A DNA stretch of 32,000 nt from Trichlorobacter lovleyi SZ (GTDB lineage: Bacteria > Desulfobacterota > Desulfuromonadia > Geobacterales > Pseudopelobacteraceae): contig NC_010814.1 in NCBI RefSeq assembly GCF_000020385.1, positions 2,730,001 to 2,762,000 on the forward strand, written 5' to 3'. Positions 1-9,115 of this stretch are shown here, piece by piece. Below the pieces are notes generated by a model. It was not told the origin of the DNA. It did not search any database and saw only the letters and a program-made list of their open reading frames with translations. Within the stretch, counting starts at the first letter, position 1, and each line of letters starts with the position of its first letter. A program made the translations under genes and the position numbers.

Positions 1-2
1 TG

Positions 3-3000
3 CAGCGTGCCCTGGGAGACAAGGTGGCAGGCCGCAAGGCTGCCATGTCTGCAGAAGTGCCGGTCGTGCCGGGCACCGAAGACCCGATTGAGAAAGAAGA
101 AGAGGCGCTGAAGTTTGCCAAGGACTCCGGCTATCCGATCATCATCAAGGCGGCAGCCGGTGGCGGCGGCCGCGGTATGCGGGTGGCCCGCAACAAGAAA
201 GAGCTGCTGGAAGGGCTGGTTGCTGCCCGCAGTGAGGCCAAGGCCGCCTTTGGCAACGCCACCGTCTTTCTGGAGCGCTACATCGAGAACCCCAAGCATA
301 TCGAAGTGCAGGTCATGGGTGACAACTACGGCAATCTGGTGCATTTTTTCGAGCGTGACTGCTCGATCCAGCGCCGCCACCAGAAGGTGGTTGAGTTCGC
401 GCCGTCACTCTGCCTGACCCAGCAGCAGCGGGAAGAGATCTGCACCGCCGCCCTGAAGATCGCCGGTCAGGTCAAATACCGAAACGCCGGTACGGTCGAG
501 TTCCTGGTGGATCAGGAGGGCAGTTTCTACTTCATTGAGATGAACCCCCGCATCCAGGTCGAGCATACCGTCACCGAGATGATCACCGGCCGCAACCTGG
601 TGCAGAATCAGATCCTGGTGGCCCAGGGCTACAAGCTGTCCGACCCGGAGATCAACATCCCGTCCCAGAGCGCCATTGATATGCGCGGCTATGCCATCCA
701 GTGCCGGATCACCACCGAAGATCCCTCCAACAACTTTGCCCCGGACTTCGGCACCCTGACCACCTACCGTTCCGCTGCCGGCGCAGGTATCCGTCTGGAT
801 GCGGGCAACGCCTTTACCGGCGCCCAGATCACCCCCCATTACGACTCACTGCTGGTCAAGGTCAGCTCCTGGGGTCTCAACTTCAAGGATGCCGCCTCGA
901 TCATGCACCGCGCCCTGCAGGAGTTCCGGGTCCGTGGTGTCAAGACCAACATCGGCTTTCTGGAGAACGTGATCACCCACTCGGTCTTCCTGAACGGCAA
1001 GTGCGACACCTCCTTTATCGAGAAGCACCCCGAGCTGCTGCAGTTCCGCGAGAAGAAAGACCGTGCCAGCAAAGTGCTCTCCTTCCTGGGGGACGTGATC
1101 GTCAACGGCTCACCCGGCATTGTCAAACCGCTGAAATCGGCCGACCTGATTGAAGCAAAAGTACCGGAAATCGATTACACCCAGCCCCGCCCCTCCGGCT
1201 CCCGTGACCTGTTCATGAAACTGGGTGCCGAAGGGCTTTCCAAGTGGATTCTGGAGCAGAAAAAGCTGTTGATCACCGATACCACCATGCGGGATGCCCA
1301 CCAGTCCAACCTGGCCACCCGGGTACGGACCCATGACCTGCTCAAGATCGCCGAGCCCACCTCCTACCTGGGGGCCGATCTGTTCTCTCTGGAATGTTGG
1401 GGCGGCGCCACCTTTGACGTCTCGATGCGCTTCCTGCGTGAAGATCCCTGGCAGCGGCTGCACAAGCTTTCCGAAGCGATCCCCAACATCCTGTTCCAGA
1501 TGCTGCTGCGCGGCTCCAACGCCGTGGGTTACACCAACTATCCGGACAACGTGGTACAGAAGTTCGTGGAAGAGGCAGCCAACTCCGGCGTCGACATATT
1601 CCGGGTCTTTGACTCCCTGAACTGGACCACCGGCATGCAGGTGGCCATGGAGGCGGTCCGCAAGTCCGGCAAGATCTGCGAGGCGGCCATCTGCTACACC
1701 GGCGACATCACCGATCCCAAGCGGGACAAGTATCCGCTGGAATACTACGTCAACATGGCCAAAGAACTGGAGAAGATGGGCGCTCATATCCTGGCCATCA
1801 AGGATATGGCCGGCCTGTTGAAGCCGCTGGCCGCCTACAAGCTGGTCAAGGCCCTGAAAGAAAACATCGGCATCCCGGTCCACCTGCACACCCACGACAC
1901 TTCATCCAACGGCTCCGCCATGCTGCTGAAGGCCAGCGAGGCCGGGGTGGATATCGTGGATGCCGCCCTCTCCTCCCTGTCCGGCCTGACCGCCCAGCCC
2001 AACCTGAACGCGCTGGTCGCCACCCTGGAAGGAAGCGAACGTGATCCGCAGGTTAATGCCGCCGGCCTGCAAAAGCTGGCCAACTACTGGGAGACGGTCC
2101 GGGATTATTATGCACCGTTTGAATCAGGCCTCAAGTCCGGCACTGCCGAGGTCTATCACCACGAGATCCCGGGCGGTCAGTACTCCAACTACAAGCCGCA
2201 GGTGGCGGGCCTGGGCCTGCTTGAGCGCTGGGACGAGTGCAAGGAGATGTACCACAAGGTCAACATGATGTTCGGCGACATCGTCAAGGTCACCCCCTCC
2301 TCCAAGGTGGTAGGCGATATGGCCATGTTCCTGGTCAAGAACAACCTGCAGCCCGAGGATGTCTACACCACCAAGGAAGACCTGGCCTTCCCGGAATCGG
2401 TTGTCGGCATGTTCAAGGGGATGCTGGGCCAACCGTACCAGGGCTGGCCGGAAGAGCTGCAGAAGATTATCCTGAAAGGCCAGCAGCCGATCACCTGCCG
2501 CCCCGGCGAACTGCTTGAGCCGGCTGATTTTGAAGAGGAGCGGGTCAATCTGGAAGAAAAACTGGGACACCGGATCGATGACAAATCACTGATCTCGGCC
2601 ATTCTCTACCCCAATGTCTATCCTGAGTTCGATAAGTACCGTCAGGAATACTCCGACACCTCGGTCATTCCGACCCCGATCTTCTTCTACGGGCTGGAGC
2701 CGGGCCAGGAAACCTCCATTGAAATCGAACCTGGCAAGACCCTGATCATCAAGCTGAACGCCATCGGCAAGCTGCATGACGACGGCACCCGCACCGTCTA
2801 CTTTGAACTGAACGGCAACAACCGTTCAGTCGTGGTGCGGGACCAGTCTGTCCAGAACAGCGATGCCTTCCGTGAAAAGGCAGACAAAGGTAATGCCGGC
2901 CATGTCGGCGCACCGATGCCGGGCAAGGTGCTCAAGGTCAACGTCAAGGCCGGCGACGAAGTCAAGGCCGGTGATGTCCTGATGGTAACCGAGGCGATGA

Positions 3001-3107
3001 AGATGGAGACCAACATCAAGGCCAAGGCCGACGGTAAAGTGGCTGAGGTCAAGTTCAAAGAAGGGGACAAGGTGGAGAAGGAAGATCTCGTGATTGTCAT
3101 GGGCTAG
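3..3107 (+). CDS. pyc: pyruvate carboxylase, 5'-truncated by the window edge (rest of the biotin carboxylase domain + carboxyltransferase + biotinyl domain)
   Basis: The frame is open from the window edge: QRALGDKVAGRK precedes the first listed start. ATP-grasp motifs are present (YPIIIKAAAGGGGRGMRV, EMNPRIQVEHTVTE), as is a carboxyltransferase region (PVHLHTHDTSS). The biotin attachment motif EAMKME lies at 2991-3008. Stop TAG at 3105-3107. Confidence 0.95.
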   Translation, partial: QRALGDKVAGRKAAMSAEVPVVPGTEDPIEKEEEALKFAKDSGYPIIIKAAAGGGGRGMRVARNKKELLEGLVAARSEAKAAFGNATVFLERYIENPKHIEVQVMGDNYGNLVHFFERDCSIQRRHQKVVEFAPSLCLTQQQREEICTAALKIAGQVKYRNAGTVEFLVDQEGSFYFIEMNPRIQVEHTVTEMITGRNLVQNQILVAQGYKLSDPEINIPSQSAIDMRGYAIQCRITTEDPSNNFAPDFGTLTTYRSAAGAGIRLDAGNAFTGAQITPHYDSLLVKVSSWGLNFKDAASIMHRALQEFRVRGVKTNIGFLENVITHSVFLNGKCDTSFIEKHPELLQFREKKDRASKVLSFLGDVIVNGSPGIVKPLKSADLIEAKVPEIDYTQPRPSGSRDLFMKLGAEGLSKWILEQKKLLITDTTMRDAHQSNLATRVRTHDLLKIAEPTSYLGADLFSLECWGGATFDVSMRFLREDPWQRLHKLSEAIPNILFQMLLRGSNAVGYTNYPDNVVQKFVEEAANSGVDIFRVFDSLNWTTGMQVAMEAVRKSGKICEAAICYTGDITDPKRDKYPLEYYVNMAKELEKMGAHILAIKDMAGLLKPLAAYKLVKALKENIGIPVHLHTHDTSSNGSAMLLKASEAGVDIVDAALSSLSGLTAQPNLNALVATLEGSERDPQVNAAGLQKLANYWETVRDYYAPFESGLKSGTAEVYHHEIPGGQYSNYKPQVAGLGLLERWDECKEMYHKVNMMFGDIVKVTPSSKVVGDMAMFLVKNNLQPEDVYTTKEDLAFPESVVGMFKGMLGQPYQGWPEELQKIILKGQQPITCRPGELLEPADFEEERVNLEEKLGHRIDDKSLISAILYPNVYPEFDKYRQEYSDTSVIPTPIFFYGLEPGQETSIEIEPGKTLIIKLNAIGKLHDDGTRTVYFELNGNNRSVVVRDQSVQNSDAFREKADKGNAGHVGAPMPGKVLKVNVKAGDEVKAGDVLMVTEAMKMETNIKAKADGKVAEVKFKEGDKVEKEDLVIVMG

Positions 3108-3134
3108 ACCATCCCTGTCAGGATACGCATCTAA

Positions 3135-3178
3135 CACGACAGCCTGCTCCGGTGATCCGGGGCAGGCTGTCGTGTTTC
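3135..3178 (+). terminator. rho-independent terminator of pyc
   Basis: A 13-bp perfect stem, cacgacagcctgc (3135-3147) pairing with gcaggctgtcgtg (3162-3174), is followed by a short T run. Confidence 0.7.
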
Positions 3179-3289
3179 CACTGGACAAGCTGCGGGAATT
3201 GGGCTAGAAACAGCCATTATAACAGCCTCATGGAAGAGAGCGATGCTGATCAGTCCACCAGACACCCAATACTCAACGTAAGAACCACC

Positions 3290-3322
3290 AAAACCCGCCA
3301 GAAATGGCGGGTTTTGCTTTTT
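3290..3322. terminator. second, orphan terminator-like hairpin (usable on either strand)
   Basis: Stem aaaacccgcc (3290-3299) pairs with ggcgggtttt (3306-3315) and is followed by gctttttt. No annotated ORF lies between the pyc terminator and this hairpin. Confidence 0.5.
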
Positions 3323-3595
3323 TAAAACTGTAAAGTTTTTTTACACATAATCACAAAACCGCAGCCCTTCGCAGTTCCGGAACTGGCAAATTTCTTTACA
3401 CCCTGTCCCTGACCAGCACGTCAAACAGGAAAAGCTTCAACAATGGCAAAATTCATCAGCTCACTGACAGCGTCAAGTAATCATACAGGCTACTTGTCAG
3501 CTCAAGCGACATCGCCCTGGCTGCCAGTGGCACCGTCAAACGGGTCATTACGTACACCCAGACACTGAATCTGACTGAATTGAAAGGTGGCTATC

Positions 3596-4297
3596 ATGAA
3601 GAAACTGCTCGTCTTAACAACTCTTGTTGTGCTGTTCTGCTCTGCATCGGAAATCCGGGCAGCGACGCTTTACTTTAAAAACGGCGATGAATTTGAGTAT
3701 CAACGCTATTGGGAAAGAAACGGTCGCATCCATGTTCAGATCAACAAAGAGTCTGAAGTCGATTTTGCCAAGGATGAACTCGATCTTATTAAGTCAAAAA
3801 TTGCAGTTAAACCAGCTAAAACGATACTGCATACTGCAGATAATATCCGCCCGCCATCAGCTTCTGACACGCTCCCCCATGGCTATCGAACGCCCACCAC
3901 TCAAACTAAATTCTCCACCCTCCAAGAGGAACTCAGCAGCATTTACGGTAATTTCTACACGGCTATGCGCTCAGGCAATTTCAATACCCTGTTGAAGTAT
4001 GTTACCGGTAAGCAACGAAAGACAACTGAAAAGCTGATTAATGCTCCAGAGTCACAAAAAACACTTTTCAGACAAATGATTACCAATCTCCCTGCGGATT
4101 ATACGGTAACCGGATTTTCAGCAGCACCTGGTGGGAAAAAGGCGACCCTTGTAACCAGAAGAAAGATGCTGACTGGGGTATATGACGTAAATGGCGTAAA
4201 GACTCACGAGGAAACCTCCTACATCAGCAACACTGTGGAATTTATCAAGCAAAACAATGAATGGAAAATTGCTTTGGCCCAGGATTCGTTACAATAG
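3596..4297 (+). CDS. hypothetical exported protein (signal peptide; possibly NTF2-like C-terminus)
   Basis: ATG at 3596 is preceded by gaaaggtgg. N-terminus MKKLLVLTTLVVLFCSASEIRAA is a typical Sec signal with an AxA-type cleavage site. The gene is visibly lower in GC than its flanks. No family was recognised. Confidence 0.65.
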   Translation: MKKLLVLTTLVVLFCSASEIRAATLYFKNGDEFEYQRYWERNGRIHVQINKESEVDFAKDELDLIKSKIAVKPAKTILHTADNIRPPSASDTLPHGYRTPTTQTKFSTLQEELSSIYGNFYTAMRSGNFNTLLKYVTGKQRKTTEKLINAPESQKTLFRQMITNLPADYTVTGFSAAPGGKKATLVTRRKMLTGVYDVNGVKTHEETSYISNTVEFIKQNNEWKIALAQDSLQ

Positions 4298-4418
4298 TCC
4301 CGTTCCTGAGAATTACACAAGTCTAACTGGCTTACAGCAATATTCAGTTTTCCGATAGCAACACTCCGACATTGTTGCAGTTTGTTTTGTACAGACAAAA
4401 CCATGAAAGGAATCACAC

Positions 4419-4925
4419 GTGAAGTGTCCTAATTGTGGCTACATCAGGAAACCAGACGACTTATGCCCAGAGTGGCAATGTCCTTCATGTCAAATGGCCT
4501 ATAACAAAATAGCGCAGCGCAACATTTATCCCGACGCGGCCCGTGAGACTATCCGTAGCAACCTCATTATCACAAGCAACAATCAACCAAGCATTTTGAA
4601 AGCAATAGTAATTGCAGTTCTAGTATGCTGTTTTTTATATATCGGCTACTCCATTGCAATAAATCCTTCATTTCTAAACAATCTTGCAATATCTACGCAG
4701 GATACCAGAGAACAGATTGAAAACAAGAAGGTTGAACTACAGGCTTATGAAGATGCTCTACAAAAAATTGAAGCTGATATTGCTAATGCAAGAGCAAACG
4801 TCGGCATCTGCCCTATAACTGGACAGCCAAATCAATTTAACCTGACACAAGATCCCAGACCGGAACTACAGTCAAAGATTGAAAAATTGAGGCAAGAGAT
4901 CAGGCATCTTGAAAACAAATCATGA
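4419..4925 (+). CDS. hypothetical zinc-ribbon / single-TM / coiled-coil protein
   Basis: GTG start follows gaaagga. Two CxxC pairs (CPNCGY ... CPSCQ) are followed by a hydrophobic helix (ILKAIVIAVLVCCFLYIGYSIAI) and a heptad-like C-terminus (ENKKVELQAYEDALQKIEADIANA). The gene is low in GC. Confidence 0.55.
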   Translation: MKCPNCGYIRKPDDLCPEWQCPSCQMAYNKIAQRNIYPDAARETIRSNLIITSNNQPSILKAIVIAVLVCCFLYIGYSIAINPSFLNNLAISTQDTREQIENKKVELQAYEDALQKIEADIANARANVGICPITGQPNQFNLTQDPRPELQSKIEKLRQEIRHLENKS

Positions 4926-4985
4926 CATCTCCCCCCAAAAGCACCTGACCCGAATAGAATAGTCATCACAACGACCTGCTGCTTA

Positions 4986-5032
4986 CACTACAAACGCCCT
5001 GCCCGGATAATCCGGACAGGGCGTTTGTAGTG
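4986..5032. terminator. bidirectional terminator hairpin between convergent genes
   Basis: A 16-bp perfect stem, cactacaaacgccctg (4986-5001) pairing with cagggcgtttgtagtg (5017-5032), lies between the stop at 4925 (+) and the stop at 5054 (-). Confidence 0.7.
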
Positions 5033-5053
5033 TACACCATCACAACAGGCTGA

Positions 5054-6346
5054 TTAGCGTTGGCTGCGGCCACGTTGCTGATAGCCTGCTTTTGATTTGG
5101 GGGCGGCACCGCCTTTACCGGCACCTGCACCCTGACGACGTTGGCCACCGGCAGCAAAAGGACGACGCCCTTTACCGGCACCGTTGCCGCCACGGCCGGG
5201 AACCGGCAGGGTGCTGACCGGCTCAAGACCGGGGATGGTGTGCATCTGGACAGTCTGACCGGTGTAACGCTGGATCCGCTGCAGGTAGACCGCATCAGCA
5301 GGGGATACAAAGGAGATGGCAACTCCGGTGGCACCGGCACGGCCGGTACGACCGATCCGGTGTACATAGTCTTCAGCTGCCCGGGGCAGGTCAAAGTTGA
5401 TAACATGGCTGATGCCGTTGATATCAAGGCCACGGGCTGCCACATCGGTGGCAACCAGAAAGCGCACTTTGCCGCGACGCAGGTTGGTCAGGGTACGGGT
5501 ACGGGCGCCCTGGGTCATGTCGCCATGCAGGGCAGCAGCAGAGAGACCACGATCATACAGATCACGGGCCAGGGTATCGGCATCCCGTTTGGTGGCAGAG
5601 AAGATGATCGCCTGGGTAATGGTTGGATCCTCCAGCAGGTGATGCAGCATCTTGTGCTTGTGTCCCAGGTTGTCGGTCAGGTGCATCCGCTGCTCAATGG
5701 AGTCATGGTTTTCCTTGGGGCTGGAGATGGCGATCCGTGACGGGTCCTTCAGCAGACGTCCGGCCAGACGTGCCATCGGGTCATCCATGGTGGCGGTAAA
5801 CAGCAGGGTCTGGCGCTTTTTGGGGGTGGCAGCGGCAATCTGATCAACCGCATCAGTAAAGCCCATGTCCAGCATCCGATCTGCCTCATCCAGCACCAGC
5901 AGTTCTACCCGTGACAGGTCAATCCGGCCACGCTCAAGGTGGTCGATCAGACGGCCCGGAGTAGCAACAATCAGGTCAACCGGCTGACGCAGCAGACGGA
6001 CCTGGTCGGGGTACGGCATGCCGCCCACGATGGAGCCGTAACGCATACGCAGAAAGCGGCCATATCGGGCCACCGAATCAGCAACCTGGGCAGCCAGCTC
6101 ACGGGTGGGGGTCAGCACCAGTACACGGGGGCCGATCCCGGCCGGCCCCGGTTTTGCCAGACGCTCAAGGGCCGGGATGATGAAGGCAGCGGTCTTACCG
6201 GTGCCGGTCTGGGCAGAGGCGATCAGATCGCGTCCGGAGAGCGCCTGAGGAATGGCCTCGGCCTGAATCGGTGTCGGGGTGGCATAACCACAGACGGAAA
6301 TGGCCTTCTGGATGGAAGCGTGCAAATTCAGTTCAGCAAACGACAT
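5054..6346 (-). CDS. rhlE: ATP-dependent DEAD-box RNA helicase (RhlE-like) with a basic Gly/Arg-rich C-terminal tail
   Basis: Motifs present: Q-motif region, AQTGTGKT, PTRELA, DEAD (VLDEADRMLDMGF), ARGLD, HRIGRTGRAG. Start is set at the internal ATG (MSFAELNL) because aggag lies 7 nt upstream; the listed ORF extends to 6367. Confidence 0.93.
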   Translation of the reverse strand: MSFAELNLHASIQKAISVCGYATPTPIQAEAIPQALSGRDLIASAQTGTGKTAAFIIPALERLAKPGPAGIGPRVLVLTPTRELAAQVADSVARYGRFLRMRYGSIVGGMPYPDQVRLLRQPVDLIVATPGRLIDHLERGRIDLSRVELLVLDEADRMLDMGFTDAVDQIAAATPKKRQTLLFTATMDDPMARLAGRLLKDPSRIAISSPKENHDSIEQRMHLTDNLGHKHKMLHHLLEDPTITQAIIFSATKRDADTLARDLYDRGLSAAALHGDMTQGARTRTLTNLRRGKVRFLVATDVAARGLDINGISHVINFDLPRAAEDYVHRIGRTGRAGATGVAISFVSPADAVYLQRIQRYTGQTVQMHTIPGLEPVSTLPVPGRGGNGAGKGRRPFAAGGQRRQGAGAGKGGAAPKSKAGYQQRGRSQR

Positions 6347-6824
6347 AAAAATCTCCTGATTCAACACGAGCGGAAACCTGCCGGCATCGCTGTTTAAGTC
6401 TGTCGAATCGTTTGTACATGTGTCGTGTGGAGGGCGCGTCGGGACAACCGTTATCCCCGTAGGATCAGCGCATCAACCACGTGTGGCCGGCAGTACTCAT
6501 TCAGATTCCCGGCAGGCAAAACAAACCTGCACGAAAGAGGGAATCAACTGTCGCAAACCAAACGCGGTGCTGCAGAATCGGGAAATAAACCGGATGCAGA
6601 AGGGGGTCAGGCAGCGAAATAACGAGGCGAAAAATCAACTTTTAATGTTTACGCGATTACATCCAGAAATACAAGTAAAATAAGTTCACGGGACAAATAA
6701 GTATAAAAACGTCATGAGGAAGGCCGGTTACCAGGCGCGCGGAACGCAGCGACCGAGACATACCGGACAGGTAGGCGAGGAAGTGAGTACCGCGTAACGC
6801 CGTAGACGGCCTCCGCAATAGTTT

Positions 6825-7583
6825 TCAGGTGAGCCGTCCTTGCAGTCGTAGCAAGCCATCCAGAATAGTGGCCGGATGGGGTGGACAACCAGGGATATAG
6901 AGATCAACCGGCAGCAGTGTATCAAGGCCAAGACTGATCTGAGGAGAACCGCTGAACGGGCCGCCCGCTATGGCACAGGCACCGCAGGCCACCACAATTT
7001 TGGGAGCAGGAATCGCCTCCCAGGTCTTGAGCAGTGCCTCACGCATGTTTTCACTGACCGGGCCGGTCACCCAGATCCCGTCGGCATGACGGGGAGAGGC
7101 AACGAACTGAATCCCGAAACGCCCCAGGTCCCAGCCGATGGTGGTCAGCACGTTGCTGTCTGCCTCACAGGCATTGCAGCCGCCGGCGCTGACCTCGCGA
7201 AACTTGAGCGAACGGCCGAACAGTTTGCGCAGATCAGGGGAGAGCGGTTGCGCCAGCTTCTGTTCCCCATTGGTCTGCACCAGCAGCTCTTCACGTCTGG
7301 ATACCGCCAGGCGGTGATCATTCCCGAAACCAACGCAGGAGGATGCCGGACAGTCAGCGCAGAAGAGACATTTGCCCATATCAAGCACCAGTCCGTTTTC
7401 AGAACAGCTGAGCGCACCAAAAGGGCAGGCTGCCACACATGCGGTGCCATCCAGATCACAGAGCAGATCCCTCTGAAGTGCCGGATAGCCACGGAACCGC
7501 TCCGGCAGGACCACCGGCCCGTCAGGATAGGCCATGGTCCGGTGACCCTGGATACTCAGACGTTCTTTAAGGGCACGCAGCAT
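6825..7583 (-). CDS. ehrS: Ech-hydrogenase-related complex small subunit (NuoB/HycG family) with an N-terminal ferredoxin-like extension
   Basis: NuoB-type 4Fe-4S ligand motifs are present (GGCNACE, ACGACAIAGGPF, IPGCPPHP). The N-terminal region carries CLFCADCPASSC. It is the last gene of a tightly packed minus-strand operon. Confidence 0.85.
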   Translation of the reverse strand: MLRALKERLSIQGHRTMAYPDGPVVLPERFRGYPALQRDLLCDLDGTACVAACPFGALSCSENGLVLDMGKCLFCADCPASSCVGFGNDHRLAVSRREELLVQTNGEQKLAQPLSPDLRKLFGRSLKFREVSAGGCNACEADSNVLTTIGWDLGRFGIQFVASPRHADGIWVTGPVSENMREALLKTWEAIPAPKIVVACGACAIAGGPFSGSPQISLGLDTLLPVDLYIPGCPPHPATILDGLLRLQGRLT

Positions 7584-7594
7584 GTTTGTTCCCC

Positions 7595-9115
7595 TTACAG
7601 GTCAAACCCGCAGTAAGATAAGTTAAAGCTCTTGTTACAGAGCGGAAAGTCAGAAATCTGTTCATTGCGCAGCGCCATGGCCAGTCCCTGCCAGTTATGG
7701 AAGGAGGGGTCGGTGATCTTGTACTGTCTAAAGCGCCCAGCGGAGTCAGTGATCGCCAGGTGGCAGATTTCCCCCCGCCAGCCTTCGGTTAATGCCACGG
7801 TCAGCTGATCACCCTGCAGCGGTTTCAGTTCTGCGGCATGCGCTCCTTTAGGTAGCTGCCGCAACTGTTCCACACAGAAATCCAGCGATTTCTGGCATTC
7901 TTCCCAGCGCACACTGCTGCGGCTGCAGACATCACCATGATGGGCAGTGGCAATCGGCACCTGGGCCATACGATAGATTCCAAAGGGGTAGTCAGAACGG
8001 ACATCCCGCTTCAGGCCGCAGGCCCGGGCAGCAGGCCCCACCAGCCCCATCTCAACCGCAGACTCAGCCGATACAACGCCGGTCCCCTCCAGACGGGACA
8101 TGACCGACGGGGTGTTCCAGAGTAGTTCAATGGCACTGGTCAACTCCGCCCGCCCCGTTGCCAGCCGGTTTTGCAACTCTTCACGCTGCGCCTGATCCAG
8201 GCCAAAGACCGTACCGCCCGGTTTCAGCAGGCCACGGCCAAAGCGGCTGCCACAGATAAAGGCGCTCATATTGAGAAAATCACCCCGGATTCTTCCACAG
8301 AACGAGGCAGTCGGCAGATAGCCCACATCACCGGCAATCGCCCCCAGATCACCGGTATGGTTGGCCAGACGTTCAAGCTCCAGGGCAATACCCCGCAGAG
8401 CATGGGCTGTTGCCGGCGGATGGCTTTTCGACAACGACTCAAGCACCATGCAGTAGGCCAGACCATGACCGATACTGGTATCTCCGGCAATCGCCTCCAT
8501 CTGGCGCAGGGTTTGGGGATGGGGCCCGTTGAGCAACAGCTGTTCAATACCGCGGTGCTGATAGCCCAGAGATATCTCAAGGTGAAAGACCTGCTCCCCA
8601 TGGCACTGAAAACGGAAATGCCCCGGTTCGATCACCCCGGCATGGACCGGACCGACCGCCACCTCATGGATCTCTTCACCCTCCACCCGGTAGTACTCCA
8701 TTACCCCGACCTGGATCGGCTGATCATCAGCACGGCCCCAGGCATCGTGCCCGCGCACTGCTGAATGGACAAAACGGACCGGCTTGAACCAGGGGTGCCC
8801 GACAAAACGGATGCCGCACTGTTCGGCAATCTCCCGCTCAAACAGTTGCAGCTGGGGGCACTGAACCGCAATGGAAGGAAATTCCGTGCCGTTGCAGATC
8901 GTCTGCATGATCCCCAGCACGCCATCAGCAGGGGAAGCCAGCAGACAGTACAGGGTGATTGCCCCATCTGCCGGAAAACCACAGTAGCTGCTGACCCGCC
9001 AGCCCCGGCCGGTCATCTCGAGGATAGTCTGCAGAAAGCGATCCTGGTCGCAACAGGGGATATCAGCACAGGCAATGGCCCGGCCATTGTAGATCAGGCG
9101 CAGGGTATCGTTCAT
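7595..9115 (-). CDS. ehrL: Ech-hydrogenase-related complex large subunit (NuoC-NuoD/HycE-like) lacking the NiFe cysteine ligands
   Basis: Group-4 hydrogenase/NuoD-like core (GPVHAGVIEPGHFRF, GYQHRGIEQ). Where the L1 motif R-x-C-G-x-C is expected, the sequence reads EAIAGDTS (8474-8494). The C-terminus reads SFNLSYCGFDL instead of DPCxxCxxR. ATGA overlap with the upstream gene. Confidence 0.85.
   Translation of the reverse strand: MNDTLRLIYNGRAIACADIPCCDQDRFLQTILEMTGRGWRVSSYCGFPADGAITLYCLLASPADGVLGIMQTICNGTEFPSIAVQCPQLQLFEREIAEQCGIRFVGHPWFKPVRFVHSAVRGHDAWGRADDQPIQVGVMEYYRVEGEEIHEVAVGPVHAGVIEPGHFRFQCHGEQVFHLEISLGYQHRGIEQLLLNGPHPQTLRQMEAIAGDTSIGHGLAYCMVLESLSKSHPPATAHALRGIALELERLANHTGDLGAIAGDVGYLPTASFCGRIRGDFLNMSAFICGSRFGRGLLKPGGTVFGLDQAQREELQNRLATGRAELTSAIELLWNTPSVMSRLEGTGVVSAESAVEMGLVGPAARACGLKRDVRSDYPFGIYRMAQVPIATAHHGDVCSRSSVRWEECQKSLDFCVEQLRQLPKGAHAAELKPLQGDQLTVALTEGWRGEICHLAITDSAGRFRQYKITDPSFHNWQGLAMALRNEQISDFPLCNKSFNLSYCGFDL

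Noticed and set aside
115-3188. About 20 alternative-frame and antisense ORFs overlapping pyc (for example 115-417, 405-839, 1110-1895, 2124-2570, 2826-3188).
   Set aside because: They are Ala/Arg/Gly/Pro-rich translations typical of off-frame reading of high-GC coding DNA. They have no recognisable motifs and lie fully inside a confidently identified gene.
6420-6683. ORFs 6420-6683 and 6425-6622 in the helicase/Ehr intergenic region.
   Set aside because: They have no RBS, overlap each other in different frames, give basic low-complexity translations and show no family resemblance. The region is more likely leader or terminator sequence.
7595-9115. Calling this ORF a functional NiFe hydrogenase large subunit (HycE/HyfG).
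   Set aside because: Both cysteine pairs that ligate the NiFe centre are absent: AIAGDTS replaces CGxC, and NLSYCGFDL replaces DPCxxC. It is therefore called Ehr-type rather than hydrogenase.
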